DNA from: Blastocystis sp. Blastoise
Taxonomy: Eukaryota; Protista; Bigyra: Opalinata
Assembly (NCBI GenBank): GCA_039096225.1
Contig: JBBPEB010000009.1
Location: 1,488,001 to 1,552,000 of the forward strand
Length of the DNA stretch: 64,000 nt
Direction: 5' to 3'
The notes below the pieces were generated by a model. The model saw nothing but the letters and a program-made list of their open reading frames with translations, made no database searches and had not been told where the DNA came from. Each line of letters opens with the position of its first letter. Positions within the stretch are counted from its first letter, which is position 1. This document shows positions 1 through 13,500 of the stretch, piece by piece. The position numbers were made by a program, and so were the translations under genes.

Positions 1-568
1 TTACATCTTAATAGATATCTAAATGATATTTTAAGACAAATATTATTCATTTGTATTCATTTGAATTGTAAAAATATAATGTTTGAAAGAATGATTAATG
101 ATTTGATAATAGTAACATTTTCCTATATAATATCAATAACCTAAACAAAGTATATACTCCATTTCTCCAAGTTGATTGACATAATTACAATTATTTTTCA
201 TTTTATAGAGAATAAATGTATTCTATACTATAGTGGAAACATAAAGAGAATCTCATTTTAAATGAATACAAATAATATGCTTTGAAAAAGGGAATAATGT
301 TTTCTTTCTGAAATTAATATGAATCTCAAATAAGTTTATCTGAATAAGACTGAATAAAAACCGTGGAAATTCTAATCTTATTGAGTCATTTTTTAATTTT
401 TCATTCGTACTACCTTTTTGAAAATCTAGTTTTTTTCATTTTTAGAATTCATTTCATTTATCATTTATTATAACAATTCTGAAAGTATTTATTTGTTTCT
501 TATATAAAGATATATCTTTTAAGAATAATAATATATTATCCTTCTGTGGTTATAGTTGAATTCAAGTA

Positions 569-2964
569 ATGTCCGCAACAGAATTTCAATTATCTGAAGA
601 TAAATGTATTTGAATATGATTATAATGTGTTACTTAATTTTTTAGATTTATTTACTTTTCAAGATGAGACGCAATTATGGGTTTCAAAAGAATTCATTGA
701 GAAATATCCTCAATTTCCCTTTCATGGTATCGTTGAACACTCTGAGAAATATGAGGATGGAAGTTATTACATGGATATAACTTCTTTTCCTATGAATAAA
801 GTGATTGATTTTTTAATGGACGATAATGTGGATGTATTTTCATTAAATTTGAAAGAGAGTTATGATATATATATAACACTTGTTGAATATTCAGTTACGA
901 TTGATAAAAAAATTCAAAGTGATTTATTGTTTCATATTAAAAATTTATTTTATAAATATTTGAAAGACAATAATTATGATGTATATGGATATCATTGTAA
1001 TTATATCGAATCGTGTATGCCTATGGATTTATTCAATATAGTAAAGAAAGATATATATTTTTATGGTATATATATATTTATAATATATATATATAGACTT
1101 ATTTACACCTCAACGAAAGGATGAATTATTATATTATTCTCTTCTTTTTAAAATGATGAATATTACTAAAGTTAGAATTATATGTAAATATATATTATAA
1201 TATAATATAAATAATAATAATATATAGATGATTATGCTTCGAATATTCCATTAGAATATATAAATCCATCGTGTATTCAAGATATATTCCCATCATTAAA
1301 GAAAGTAGAGATGGCTGGTATATACATATATTTCATTATATATATATATAGTAACAACGCATTATAAGAAAACTGATGTATTGTTGAATCCAAATAGTGA
1401 TGAATATATAATGGAATATAATCGGTTATTTAATAGATATGATTATGAAATAGAGAATCCTGAAGAATATGAATATTACAGTGAATCAGAGATGAATGAA
1501 TATTATAAGATTTCTTCTTTAGATCTTAATAAATTATATTATTTACATGATTTGATTGATTCTTATAATAAAAGAAGAGAAAAAAATAATTTACCTAAAT
1601 TATATAGATATGTCGTTAATGAAGCTATCTATACAGATGATTATTCAAGTGTAGAAACTAATGAAGAAGAAGATGAATACACATTAGATGATGAAGTCAG
1701 AATTGAATATGATTGTATATATAATATAAGAATATTATTTAATTTATTATTATTATATATAGATAAAACAAATGATAAAACTTTCTCGTAAATAATTATA
1801 TTATTTTTATTATACATTTTATTCTAATATATTAAATAGTATTTATCAAGTATCTACTGAACATGGTATATCTCAATTATTACTTCTTCCTTCCTATATG
1901 TGTACTTCAAAAATCATTTTAATTAAAGGTAAATAAATATATGAATAATAAATTTGTTAATTTATTTAGATTTATATCATCAAATTAATCCTATGTTTTT
2001 TATGAAATTATTTGAAGAAGGTGTTTTTGATTCTATAACTACGTTAAGTATTAATTGGAGTATTTTCTTTTTAAATTATTAATATTAATATAATAATTCT
2101 GCATAGTTAAAAGATTAACAAATAAAATTGATGAGAATTTATTTAACAAAATAATGACAACTCATATATTTCTAAATGTTACTGAACTTATATATGATTA
2201 TGATAATGGTATGCATATATATTTATAGTTATTATTATTTATAGAATTATTTAAATTGTCTTCAATAAAGAAAGAATGCTTCCCTAAATTACATATTATC
2301 AACTATAATATTTTTATAAGTATATTTATATATTAATAAATAAATTATTATTCTTAATTTAGCTACTGACAATTTTGATTCTCTATTTCCTGTTAATTTA
2401 ATGTCTATGATTGATATTATTCGAATAAATTATGTTGATAGTGATGAAAAAGAGGAAATATGTCTTCTATTAGATGAAATAGCTTATACTCATTCAATTC
2501 ATATTGATGCTCTTAGTATATATATATATTATATATATACACTTATTTTCATAATAATATATATAATTAGTTTTATTTGTTTTTATATAGATGATTTTAT
2601 TTATTATTTTCCTCATTTAAAAGAATTATTAGAGAAAGATCTTATTTCTATTGATCAACTTAAGTGTATTAAATATTTCTTTATTCTTTTAATTTATTTT
2701 TTTATATATTATATATATACTATTCTATACAGTTTATTCTACTCGTTCTGAAAACATAAAGAGATTAGATTCTATTGACAATTATAAGCACAGTATTAAT
2801 AGTTTAGCTATATGGTTTTATGGTATGTATAAGATATATTAATAAATACATGGTTGATATATAATATTAATAATATTTATTCATTTATAGGTGATGATGA
2901 TGATGATGATGATGATGATCATGATGATGATGATGATAATAATAATGATGATGATGATGAAGAA

Positions 2965-2997
<33 letters not shown>

Positions 2998-4509
2998 AAT
3001 AATAATGATGATGATGATGATGAAGAAGATGATGATGACGATAATGATGATGATGATGACGATAATGACGATAATGATGATGATAATGATAATAATAATA
3101 ATAATAATAATAATCGAGATGAAACTGATATCAGAAATTCATTAGAAACATTCTTTAAGAGTAGTGTATTAGAACATTTGAATTATTTATATGTTTCATG
3201 TATATTCTTTCTTTAAATAGATTATTATTCTATATATTAATATCTATAGTTAGTTATGGTTTGAGTATAGAATATTTAACATGGATATCAACTCTATTTA
3301 ATGATAATAAGTTTAATACTATTCATAAATTAAAAATTAGTTGTATATTATATTATAAAACATATGAATATATATATAGTACTTATCAATGAAGACTCAT
3401 CCTCTGAATATTTAACTGTATATGAAAATATAATAAACAAATTAATTCCTAAGGCTTCTATTGTTAATATAGAAGGTAATTATTTATATAATTATTTTTT
3501 GTAAAGATAGTTTATTCAATTAATTTTAACTATTATTATTAGAATGTACTATGTCTTTTATAAATCGATTAATTCCTACAGGTTGTTTCCATAAAACAAC
3601 TCAATTAATTCTACGTATATATATTAAATGATATAATGTTTTACCTATAATATATTACATTTCATCCTAATCTTTTTATAAATATTAATTTAGGAATTAA
3701 TGATATGCCAAATGATATTTTTTGTAAACTATATACTACAGATAATTTCCCTCAATTAAAATCTATCAAGATTTGTATATATTTTAATAATAATGTTTTT
3801 TCTTTATTATGAATCATGTATATTTATGTAAAAGTATTTCTTTTTATAATAATTATTTATATTAAATAATATGTATATATATATAGATGAAGATAGCAAT
3901 AAATGGTGGATTCCTTTTATCAAAACATTTTGTAACTATATAAATAATAATAACTTTCCATCCTCAAGTATTGTCCGATAAACTAGTATATTAATAATAA
4001 TATTGATTTTATTTATATATTTATATTATTATTCTATAGAATCGGAAGATGATTATGTTTATGATCCTAATAATTCAATCTTTCGATATAAATATGATAG
4101 TCATTCATTTATAGATTCAATTATTTGTACTAAAAATGAAACGATGAGTAGATATGAGATAGAAACGTTATTTGATTGTATAAATGAGAATAAAACTCAA
4201 AATATAAGAAGTTTAGAATTATGTATATTAATATTATATATTTTTAATAATTTTCTTATAGATATTTATTCTGAAGAGCAATTGTCAAAACTTATCAACT
4301 TTATTACTATTGGAAACATACCAAAATTGAAAAAGTTTCATTTTAATATCAGTATATATATAGTTATTTATATTAATTATATTTATATAGATTTTTATAT
4401 TTCTGATATAAAAAACAACGTATTCAAACAACAATTAAAGGATTCTACGTTCATTCAAGAAAATCATGTGTATTATAAATTTGATATAAATAATCTTTCC
4501 TATCTATAA
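569..4509 (+). CDS. BTB/POZ-like + LRR-like repeat protein, copy 1 (about 22 exons; in-frame TAA at 3979-3981, so possibly truncated or a pseudogene)
   Basis: ATG 569; intron 606-645 joins MSATEFQLSEDK-Y-LFTFQDETQLW. The N-terminus (EKYPQFPF...GSYYMD...VIDFL) resembles a KCTD-type BTB domain. Repeated FPxLxxLxI/V units (IFPSLKKVEM, CFPKLHIINY, NFPQLKSIKI, NIPKLKKFHF). Clearly paralogous to 10565-14382 and 20673-24500. Confidence 0.8.
2891..3114 (+). repeat. Coding (GAT)n/(AAT)n microsatellite giving a poly-Asp/Asn insert
   Basis: Directly visible trinucleotide tract inside an exon of copy 1. Confidence 0.9.
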
Positions 4510-5599
4510 ATTTTTTAACTTTGTTTTTTCATATTTTATTATCTCCGTTTTTATTTATTTATTTTACTTTTTATTAATATTTCTATTCATTATATATGTA
4601 TTAAAGAGTTATTTTTTTTAAATCAATAGAATAATATTCATCAGTAACTATCATGTAAACTATTGCTTAAAGCTTATCATAATGTTTTATTATAGAATAC
4701 TATTTTGTATTAATTCTAAATCCAATGTTATATAATATTTTACTATATATTCCTTGATAATAAATATTTATAAAGAAATATTATTACAATAATATCATAA
4801 AATTATTGTAATTATAATATATTTTAAAAATTTGCTCTTAAATCTAGTATATAAAAAATAACTTTTTATAGACAATTGTTTTTTTTATTTATTGATACAA
4901 AGAATTCTTATTCCTTTTATACTTTATCATAACTTAATTAACTATATATATAAAAAAAGTCTATATACAACTTTAAAAAGTATTCTATAACAAGTATTAT
5001 ATAATCAAATGTTACTTAACATCATATGATACTAATGACGAGTATCATATTAACTTGTTAAAGTCCAACTAAAAATATATGAATATAGAAAAATAAAATT
5101 CTTTTGTATACATATTCTTTATATATTTTTTAATTGCTTATAAATGATAGTATCAATTATATTATGAACAATATACATATATATGGAAACAAAAAAATTT
5201 TGAATACATCATATTAATAATAAAAAGTTATATTATCATATTATAAATATATGATAAAAATATTATAATATCATTTTAGTATTTAAAATATTTATATCAT
5301 TAACATCTTTTATACTCAAAAAACGATTCTGTTTCATTTTATATTGTTCTAAAATATCTTTATATGTATCAATTTTAATAGAATCTATAAAATATATAAA
5401 TATTATATAAATAGTGTTTACTAGCATCTTTATATTGGAATTGTCATAAATATGGAAACGTTTCTTTTGTAATTAATTGAATCACTTTAGAAGTAAAAGT
5501 ATCACTAATAGTTACTATATAAATTATATATATAATAAAATAATAATAGTCTATTATTTAAAACAAATAAATAATTATATATACACATAAATAAGTTTG

Positions 5600-7290
5600 A
5601 AATTGTATGTATATATTCCATTTGTAATTGTTCATATATATAAGTTGAATATTATTTAAAATCGTCAAATTCTTCAGAATAATCATGAATCATAATAATA
5701 GAATTGATTTGTAATTGAAATATAGAAAAAGAGAAGAAAATAATTCATATACATTATTTATATGTAATAATATAGGAGGATTTGTTGATAGATCAATTTC
5801 TATAAACATATATATTTAATATATAAATTTTTATAATATTTTCATTATATACAAAAATAAAACCGATAGTAATTCTAATATTCTAATTCTATTTAATTGT
5901 TAAAAAATATATAATACATCCATCAAAGAATGTAATGCTAAATTGATTGAAATTGGGTAAATAAAGACTGAATTATTTTTATAGAATTCGATAAAATAAT
6001 ATATATCGGTTAAATCAATAGAATCTATAGAGTAAATAATATAATAGAATTATAGAATAAATATATAAAAATAGTAGAAGTTTATATGTAATATTTTTAA
6101 TTTTGATAGTTTATATATATATAAATAATTGAAAATATCTCATAATGAATCAGATAATCACTGCATTCATCTATATATATTATTTGTATATTAGTAAAAA
6201 TAATTTATAGTATATATACTACTGAATATGGTTAGATCTTGTAAATTTGTCCATAAGGATACCCTATTATATTCTTCTATTCTACATAAATAATCCACAA
6301 AGAAACGTGCTGTAGAAATATATTAATATAATAATATATTTATAATAAATGAAATTTATATATTTATAATAGACATGAAACAGTTAAAGATTGAATAGTA
6401 TTTGAAAATGAAGAAGAATGAATTATATATATATATAGATTCTGGATCAACATAAGCATTCATTACTCTTTCATTATGTACGCTATCAATATTTTCATCT
6501 ATTTATTATTATTATATGATATTATTATTGGCTGTTTTAATTACATATCATTATTACTATCAGTATCTGAAATACAAACAGTTAAATATACTCCAACAAC
6601 TATAACTACTGGAAGGATTATAGAAAGTATTCTGCGAATGAAATGGGTGGTTTTTTATAACTATCATCTTTTGCAGAAGTAAAAGTAGTTTTATTTATAA
6701 TACCCTAAACATAATGATTGATAAAAATATATTGTATTAACAATATTCATATATTATTTGTTAGTATTATTCGTAAAAAAAATAATGAAATTTCTATTGT
6801 TTCACAAATGAACAGTTTATAATTATCAACTTCACAAATAATAATTAAATAAATAAATACATGGAAATTGTGATTCATATAAATAAAACTTACTTATATA
6901 AAAAAAATCTATTCATTATGTCATATTCAGTTATTAGGGCTATTTTCATTTTATTGACAATATGTTTACATAAAGATATAGCAAATAAATTAAAATAATG
7001 AATATATATCTTGTAATAACAGTAGTGTCTCATTTAAATGAGATAATCAAAATATTTCATTTAATAATCAAATTTGAAATAAATTTAATAATCTAATAAT
7101 ACAAGAAGAATAATTTGATAATATTCTGCAATCAATAAATACATTCTGTAACTAATAAATGAAAATTTGTTTTTTTGAAAAGAAATTGAGAGCACGATTC
7201 AATATCACAATAATTTGCAGAGTAAATTGGGATACAATAAAGAAATAAATTTTGAATATGAAACATCAAGTAAATTATATCCATCATAAT
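5600..7290 (-). pseudogene. Decayed multi-exon gene, probably of the LRR-like family
   Basis: Exon-like minus-strand fragments: TARFFVDYLCRIEEYNRVSLWTNLQDLTIF (about 6222-6315) followed by a GT, and IHSSSFSNTIQSLTVS (about 6375-6425). Stops and frameshifts elsewhere. Boundaries approximate. Confidence 0.4.
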
Positions 7291-7614
7291 CTATTCTGTA
7301 TAAAAGAATTATAGTTAATTATGATTATAGAAAGCATAAGAATCAACTTATTAATAAAATTTCATCATAATCACTTTAAACTAAGAAGAAAATAAATAAA
7401 ATACTCTCAGAAAAGAACAAGTTTTAAACTAGTCTTATAGTATTTATTCATAAATAAAATCAATTTTTGTAGGGAAAAAATATATTTTTAAAAATTAAGT
7501 ATCTTTTAATGAATTGAATTATTTCTTGTATTTTAATCAAATTACTTCTTTTTTTACATTGTAAATAATATTTAAATATATATGAAATGCTTATTTTATA
7601 TAGAATTGATCGAG

Positions 7615-8555
7615 ATGAGTAAACACGAAAAGAAATCACCTGATATATCACTAAAAGTTTTATTGTTTGATGAATCAGGTATTATTAACAATTCTATTAT
7701 TAAAATAATTATTGATTAGAGAGTGGAAAAACTTGTATGATGAAACAATATGCGAATAAGGAGTTTTCGTATTGGGGAGCAGCAACTATTGGATATGATT
7801 TTAAAACCAAATATATTACAATTGATGATAAACTTGTAAAATATATGGTATATAAATGTATGGTTATATTTTAATATAAGATATAGATTATGGATACTCC
7901 AGGTCATCATTTATTCAAAGAATCTGCTCTTTGTTATATACAAATTTGTGATGGAGTTATTGTAGTTTATGCTATAGATGATAGAAGATCTTTCGAAATA
8001 GTTGAGGATAGTATTAAAGATGTTTATAATGTATATATATAAATATTTCTATAAATTATAATATTATTTATATATTATTCTATAAATATATAGCGTGCTA
8101 ATAAAAATATATGTGTTACTCTAGTTGGTAATAAATGTGATTTAGAATCAGAAAGAGTATAAAGAATATATTATATTGTTTTTTTAATTATTAATATATT
8201 ATTATACATTTATTTATTTATAAAGTATTTTAATATAATGAATAATATATATATATATAGAAAGTAACTACTCAAGAAGGAAAAGATTTAGCCAAGAAAT
8301 ATGGAGCTCATTTTTATGAGACTTCTGCAAAAGATGGTACTAATATAGATGAAGTATATTGACTATTTATTTTTAACTAATTTGTTTTAGTATTAATATA
8401 TACTTATTATTATAGTGTTTCACAGATATAGCTAATGAATGCATTAAACGACATTGTTATACTGAAAATAAACAACAAAAAAAAGTAATTCTTATTTATT
8501 ATTATATATATGTATATAGGAAGAAACAAAACAAGATGATTGCTCAATCATATAA
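7615..8555 (+). CDS. Atypical Rab-like small GTPase (7 exons; missed by the ORF track)
   Basis: Spliced: MSKHEKKSPDISLKVLLFDESESGKTCMMKQY...ATIGYDFKTK...IMDTPGHHLFKES...LVGNKCDLESERKVTTQEG...FYETSAKDGTNIDE...DDCSII*. The G2-G5 boxes and a CaaX end are recognisable. Confidence 0.9.
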
Positions 8556-10564
8556 AAAATAGTTTAATTAATTCTTAAATTTTGTTTTATTCTCATTAAT
8601 GAGAAATTAAGGATATCAATTTGATTTATGAATATTACTCATTATCTATTATAAAGTTATTTGTGTTCTATTGAATATATATTATGTATTATTCTATTAG
8701 AAAATAGTTTTAATTATTATTCTTTGAAGTTTTGTTCTTGTATTCTATATAATAATATTTATAAATAATGTTACTTTGTTTATCTTTATTATTCATAGTA
8801 AACGAATGAATTAAAAATCATTTTATAAATTAGGTATTCTTTAAAAATATTTGTCAAGCATATATATATATTTATTAAATTGAACATAAATACACAAAAT
8901 TCTTATTTTAATTGATCTTTTCTTTATTTTTATTCATATAGAAAATAGGATAAATATGTTTATTATGTATATAAAAATATGTATTGAATTGATTTTCCAT
9001 AAGAAGAGGTTTTTTTAATAAATACAAATAGAGTTTCTTTATTGTTAACATTTTTCTTAATAAGTTCTCTATAAATATAAAATGAGTAATATATAAATAG
9101 GAATAGCTTTTTTAATGTTCACGAAGTGTTTTCAGTGTTTTAATGGTATTTTATTATTACTTTCAATAAGTGTATATATATCTTCATTCCTTCTTATCTA
9201 TTGTATTATTTATATAAATAAAGTAGACTATGAATGTTTTTAATAAAATTTATCAATAGAATAAAAAAAGTTAATGTGTTGCTATTAAAAAATAATTATC
9301 TTTCTAAATATGAATAACATATTTTTTATGATTTCTTATTTAAAAAGATAGACTCTTATTTATTATAAAATAATAATAGTACTCTTTTGAATATATAATA
9401 ATAAATATATTCACTTTTATAGAGATAAGTCTCAAAACCAAGAAAAGTGAATTGATTTCATTAAATACATTATTTTTAATATCAATTAATTATATAAAAA
9501 ATATATTAACAACAGAATAAATAAAACTTATTTTTTATAGAATTAAAATAATAATAACAATGAATTAAAAAAAATGTATTAGATAAAATTGAATGAAATA
9601 CATATATATATTATAACACACGAGTTCCTTTGATATGTGCATATTTAACAAATATTAATTGACCATCAGGTTTATAATAATAAATAAATACAAAGGATTT
9701 TATATTCGTATAATATTAGGAAAGTAGACGTTTTTCATAATATACCTTGTGTATTTTTTATGCTAATATATATCATTATTATTCATGGACATATTTGTTC
9801 TTTTTGCCAAATTCATTAATCTTATTCATGTGTTACTTATTTTAAGATAATAATCATATGCAGAGAAAGCAAAGAAACATATCTGAACACCATTCTATTA
9901 TGTAAAAAATTGCATGAAGAACAAATCAGATACATCATGATAATCTGATATAAAATTGACATATTAACTATATGAATAATACTTTGAGAATTAATAGTTT
10001 TGCTCATAAAGATCTCTGGATGCATATTGATAAAGAAAAGTGGTAATCTTCTCAATTATCTTCAAAATTGGATAATTCTTGTGGAATAAGTAGTGATTCA
10101 ATAGTTGAAGATACACTGATATCACTAATATGGACTAAAGAAAAATATATACTCTATTATAGCACATAAATGACACAATTACAGTTTATTTTCTTATTAT
10201 TGATTACGAAAGTATTCAAGATTTAGAGAAAAACACATACTGAATTTATTTTTTAATAAAAAGAAATAATTTATTAGAAAAACGTAACTTTAGTAATTTC
10301 TTATAAAAAAAATGAAAATTATCTGAAAATGACTGAATAATAAAATTCTTGAAAATTACATATAAACATAGTCATAAATCAAATTAATTCATAAATTTGG
10401 TTTTTCAAAAATATTGCAAGTTTTATTCTTTGTTATCTCAATGATTATTTATAATTATAAGTATTATAGTTATTAAAAGAGTATTTATTTATTGCTTATT
10501 TATAATGCTATGTTTTAAGCATACTAATATATGATCATTTTGTCATTATAGTTGAATTCAAGTA

Positions 10565-13500
10565 ATGTCTGGCTCTGAGAATTTGAAAACTGAAGATAAA
10601 TGTATTTCAACTTAATTAAAAAATATTTATTAGTTTTAGATTTGTTTACGTTTCAAGATGAGACAAAATTGTGGATTCCAAAAGAATTTATTGAGAAATA
10701 TCAACAATTTCCCTTTTATGATATCATTGAACACTCTGACAAATATGAGGATGGTAGTTATTATGTAGATATGCTTCCTTTTCATATTGAAAAAGTGATT
10801 TCTTTTTTAATAGATAAAAACATGGATATTTCTTCTTTAAATCTACGAGATAGTTATGATATATATAAAACATTTGTTGAATACCCAGTTACGATTGATA
10901 ATGAATTTCAAAGTGATTTATTATTTCATGTTAAAGAATTATTTATTAATTATTTAAAAGAAAATGATTATTGTGTATGTAATTGTAGTGATGATAGTCT
11001 TTTGAATATTCCTATGATTTTATTAAATTCAAATATGAAAAGAATACTTATAAAAGGTAATTATATAATATATTCAAAAAAATATAATTTGCTTAGGATT
11101 ATTTACACCTCAACGAAAAGAAGAATTCTTATATTATTCTCTTCTTTATAAAATGATGAATATTACAAAAGTTGAAATTACATGTAAATATATATAATAT
11201 AATATAAATAATATTATATATATATAGATGATTATGCATCAAATATTCCATTAGAATATATATGTCCATCGAGTATTCAAGATATATTCCCTTCATTAGA
11301 AGAATTAAAGATGACTGGTATATATATATATATATATATATTATTAATAAATATATATAGTAACTACGCATTATAAGCAAACTGAACTATTATTAAATCC
11401 AAATAGTGATGAATATATAATGGAATATTCTCACCTGTTAAATGATGATGAAAATAGAATCAATAAACGAAAGAAATATGAATATTATACAGAATCCGAG
11501 ATGAATGAATATAATAAGATTTCTTCTTTAGATCTTAACAAGTTATATTATTCTCATAAATTGATTGATTCTTATAGTGAAAAAAAAGAAAAGAATGAAT
11601 TACCTAATTTATATAAATATATAGTGAAAGAAGCTATATATACAAATGATTATTCAAAAGTAGAAATTAATGAAACAGAAGATGAATATACACTTGATGA
11701 TCAAGTCAGAATTGAATATGATGGTATATAATTATATATACACTATAAAATCATAAAGTTTATTATTATTATATATAGATAAAACAAATAATAAAACATT
11801 CTCGTAAATTATATTATTAATTTATATTATGAATTTATACTAATATCTTAAATAGTATTCATAACATATCTTCTGAAATTGGTATATCTCAATTATTACT
11901 TCTTCCTTCCTATATATGTATTTCACAAGTTATTTTAAATGAAGGTAAATAAATATATAATAAATATTATTATTTATTTTAGATAGGTGTTTTCAATGTA
12001 ATTCCGTTATTTTTATGAAATTATTTGAAGAAGGTTTTTTCGATTCTTTAACTACATTGAATATTTACATGTGTATTATTTTTTTGATTATTATTATTAT
12101 CTTATTATTATTTTATATAGTAAAAGAAATAACTAATGAAATTGATGATAATCTATTGAACAAAATAATGACAACTCATGTATTTCCTAATGTTACTGAA
12201 CTTATCTATAATGATGATGGTATATATATAATTACAATAGATATGAGAATATATTTAATGTAATATTATTTATATATATAGACTCTTTCCAATTATCTTC
12301 AATAAAGAAAGAATGTTTCCCAAAATTACATATTATCAATTACCAAACTGAAATAAGTATATTAATATTTACATAAACTATTATTTATAATCTAGCTACT
12401 GACAATTCTTGGACAATGTTTCTTGCTAATATAACATCAATGATTGATACTATTCGAATAAATGAATTTGATGATGAAGAAAAAGAGGAAATTGTTCATT
12501 ATTTAAATGATTTAGCTTATAATCATTCAATTCATATTGATATAAGTGATATATATACAAGTATAATATATATTTAAGATCATAATACTATCTATATAAT
12601 TAATTTTATGTATTTATTTTTTATATAGATGATTTGATGCGCTATTTTCCATATTTAAATACATTATTAAAGAAAAATCTTATTTTATTTGATAGTCTTT
12701 TTAGTATGAATTATACTTTATTATATATATATATATATATATTATATATTATATATTATATGTCTTGTATTTTATAAAGTTGATTCTTCTCATTCTGATA
12801 CTATCGAAGTATTACAGTCTATTGAAAACAATAATCTAAATATTGATTGGTTAGAAATAACATTTAAAGGTATTCATGTATATATGTAATAAATAGATTG
12901 TTACTGTATAATACTATTATTTATTCATTATAGTTTATGATGATTATGATGAAAATAGTGATCATTACAATAATAGTGATGATGATAGTGATTATGATGA
13001 TCGTGATAATAGTAATTCAAATGTTATTTATATAAAAAGAACATTAGAAAGATTTTTAAAGAGTAATATATTAGAACATTTGAATAGTTTAACTATTTCA
13101 TGTATATATATGTATATATATGTTTATTATTCTGTTTTGTATAATATATATAGTTGATGATGATATAAGTATAGAATATATAACATGGATATCAACTCTT
13201 TTTAATGAGAATAAATTTAATACTATTAGACTAACGATTGACTGTATATTATATATTATAAAACATATGAATATATATATAGTAAAGTATATTAATAAGA
13301 ACTTGTCCTCTGAATATTTAACTGCATATGAAAATATATTCGAGAAACTAATTCCTAAGGCTTATTTTGTTAAAATCGAAGGTAATTATGTATATAATTA
13401 ATATATTTATATAATTTGTTTTAACTATTCGTTATAGGTTGTACTATGAATTTAATAAATCGATTAATTCCTAAAGGTTGTTTTCATAATACAACTCAAT

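Noticed and set aside
9600-10140. Coding-like patch on the minus strand
   Set aside because: Frequent stops and no recognisable motif; possibly a gene remnant but not supportable.
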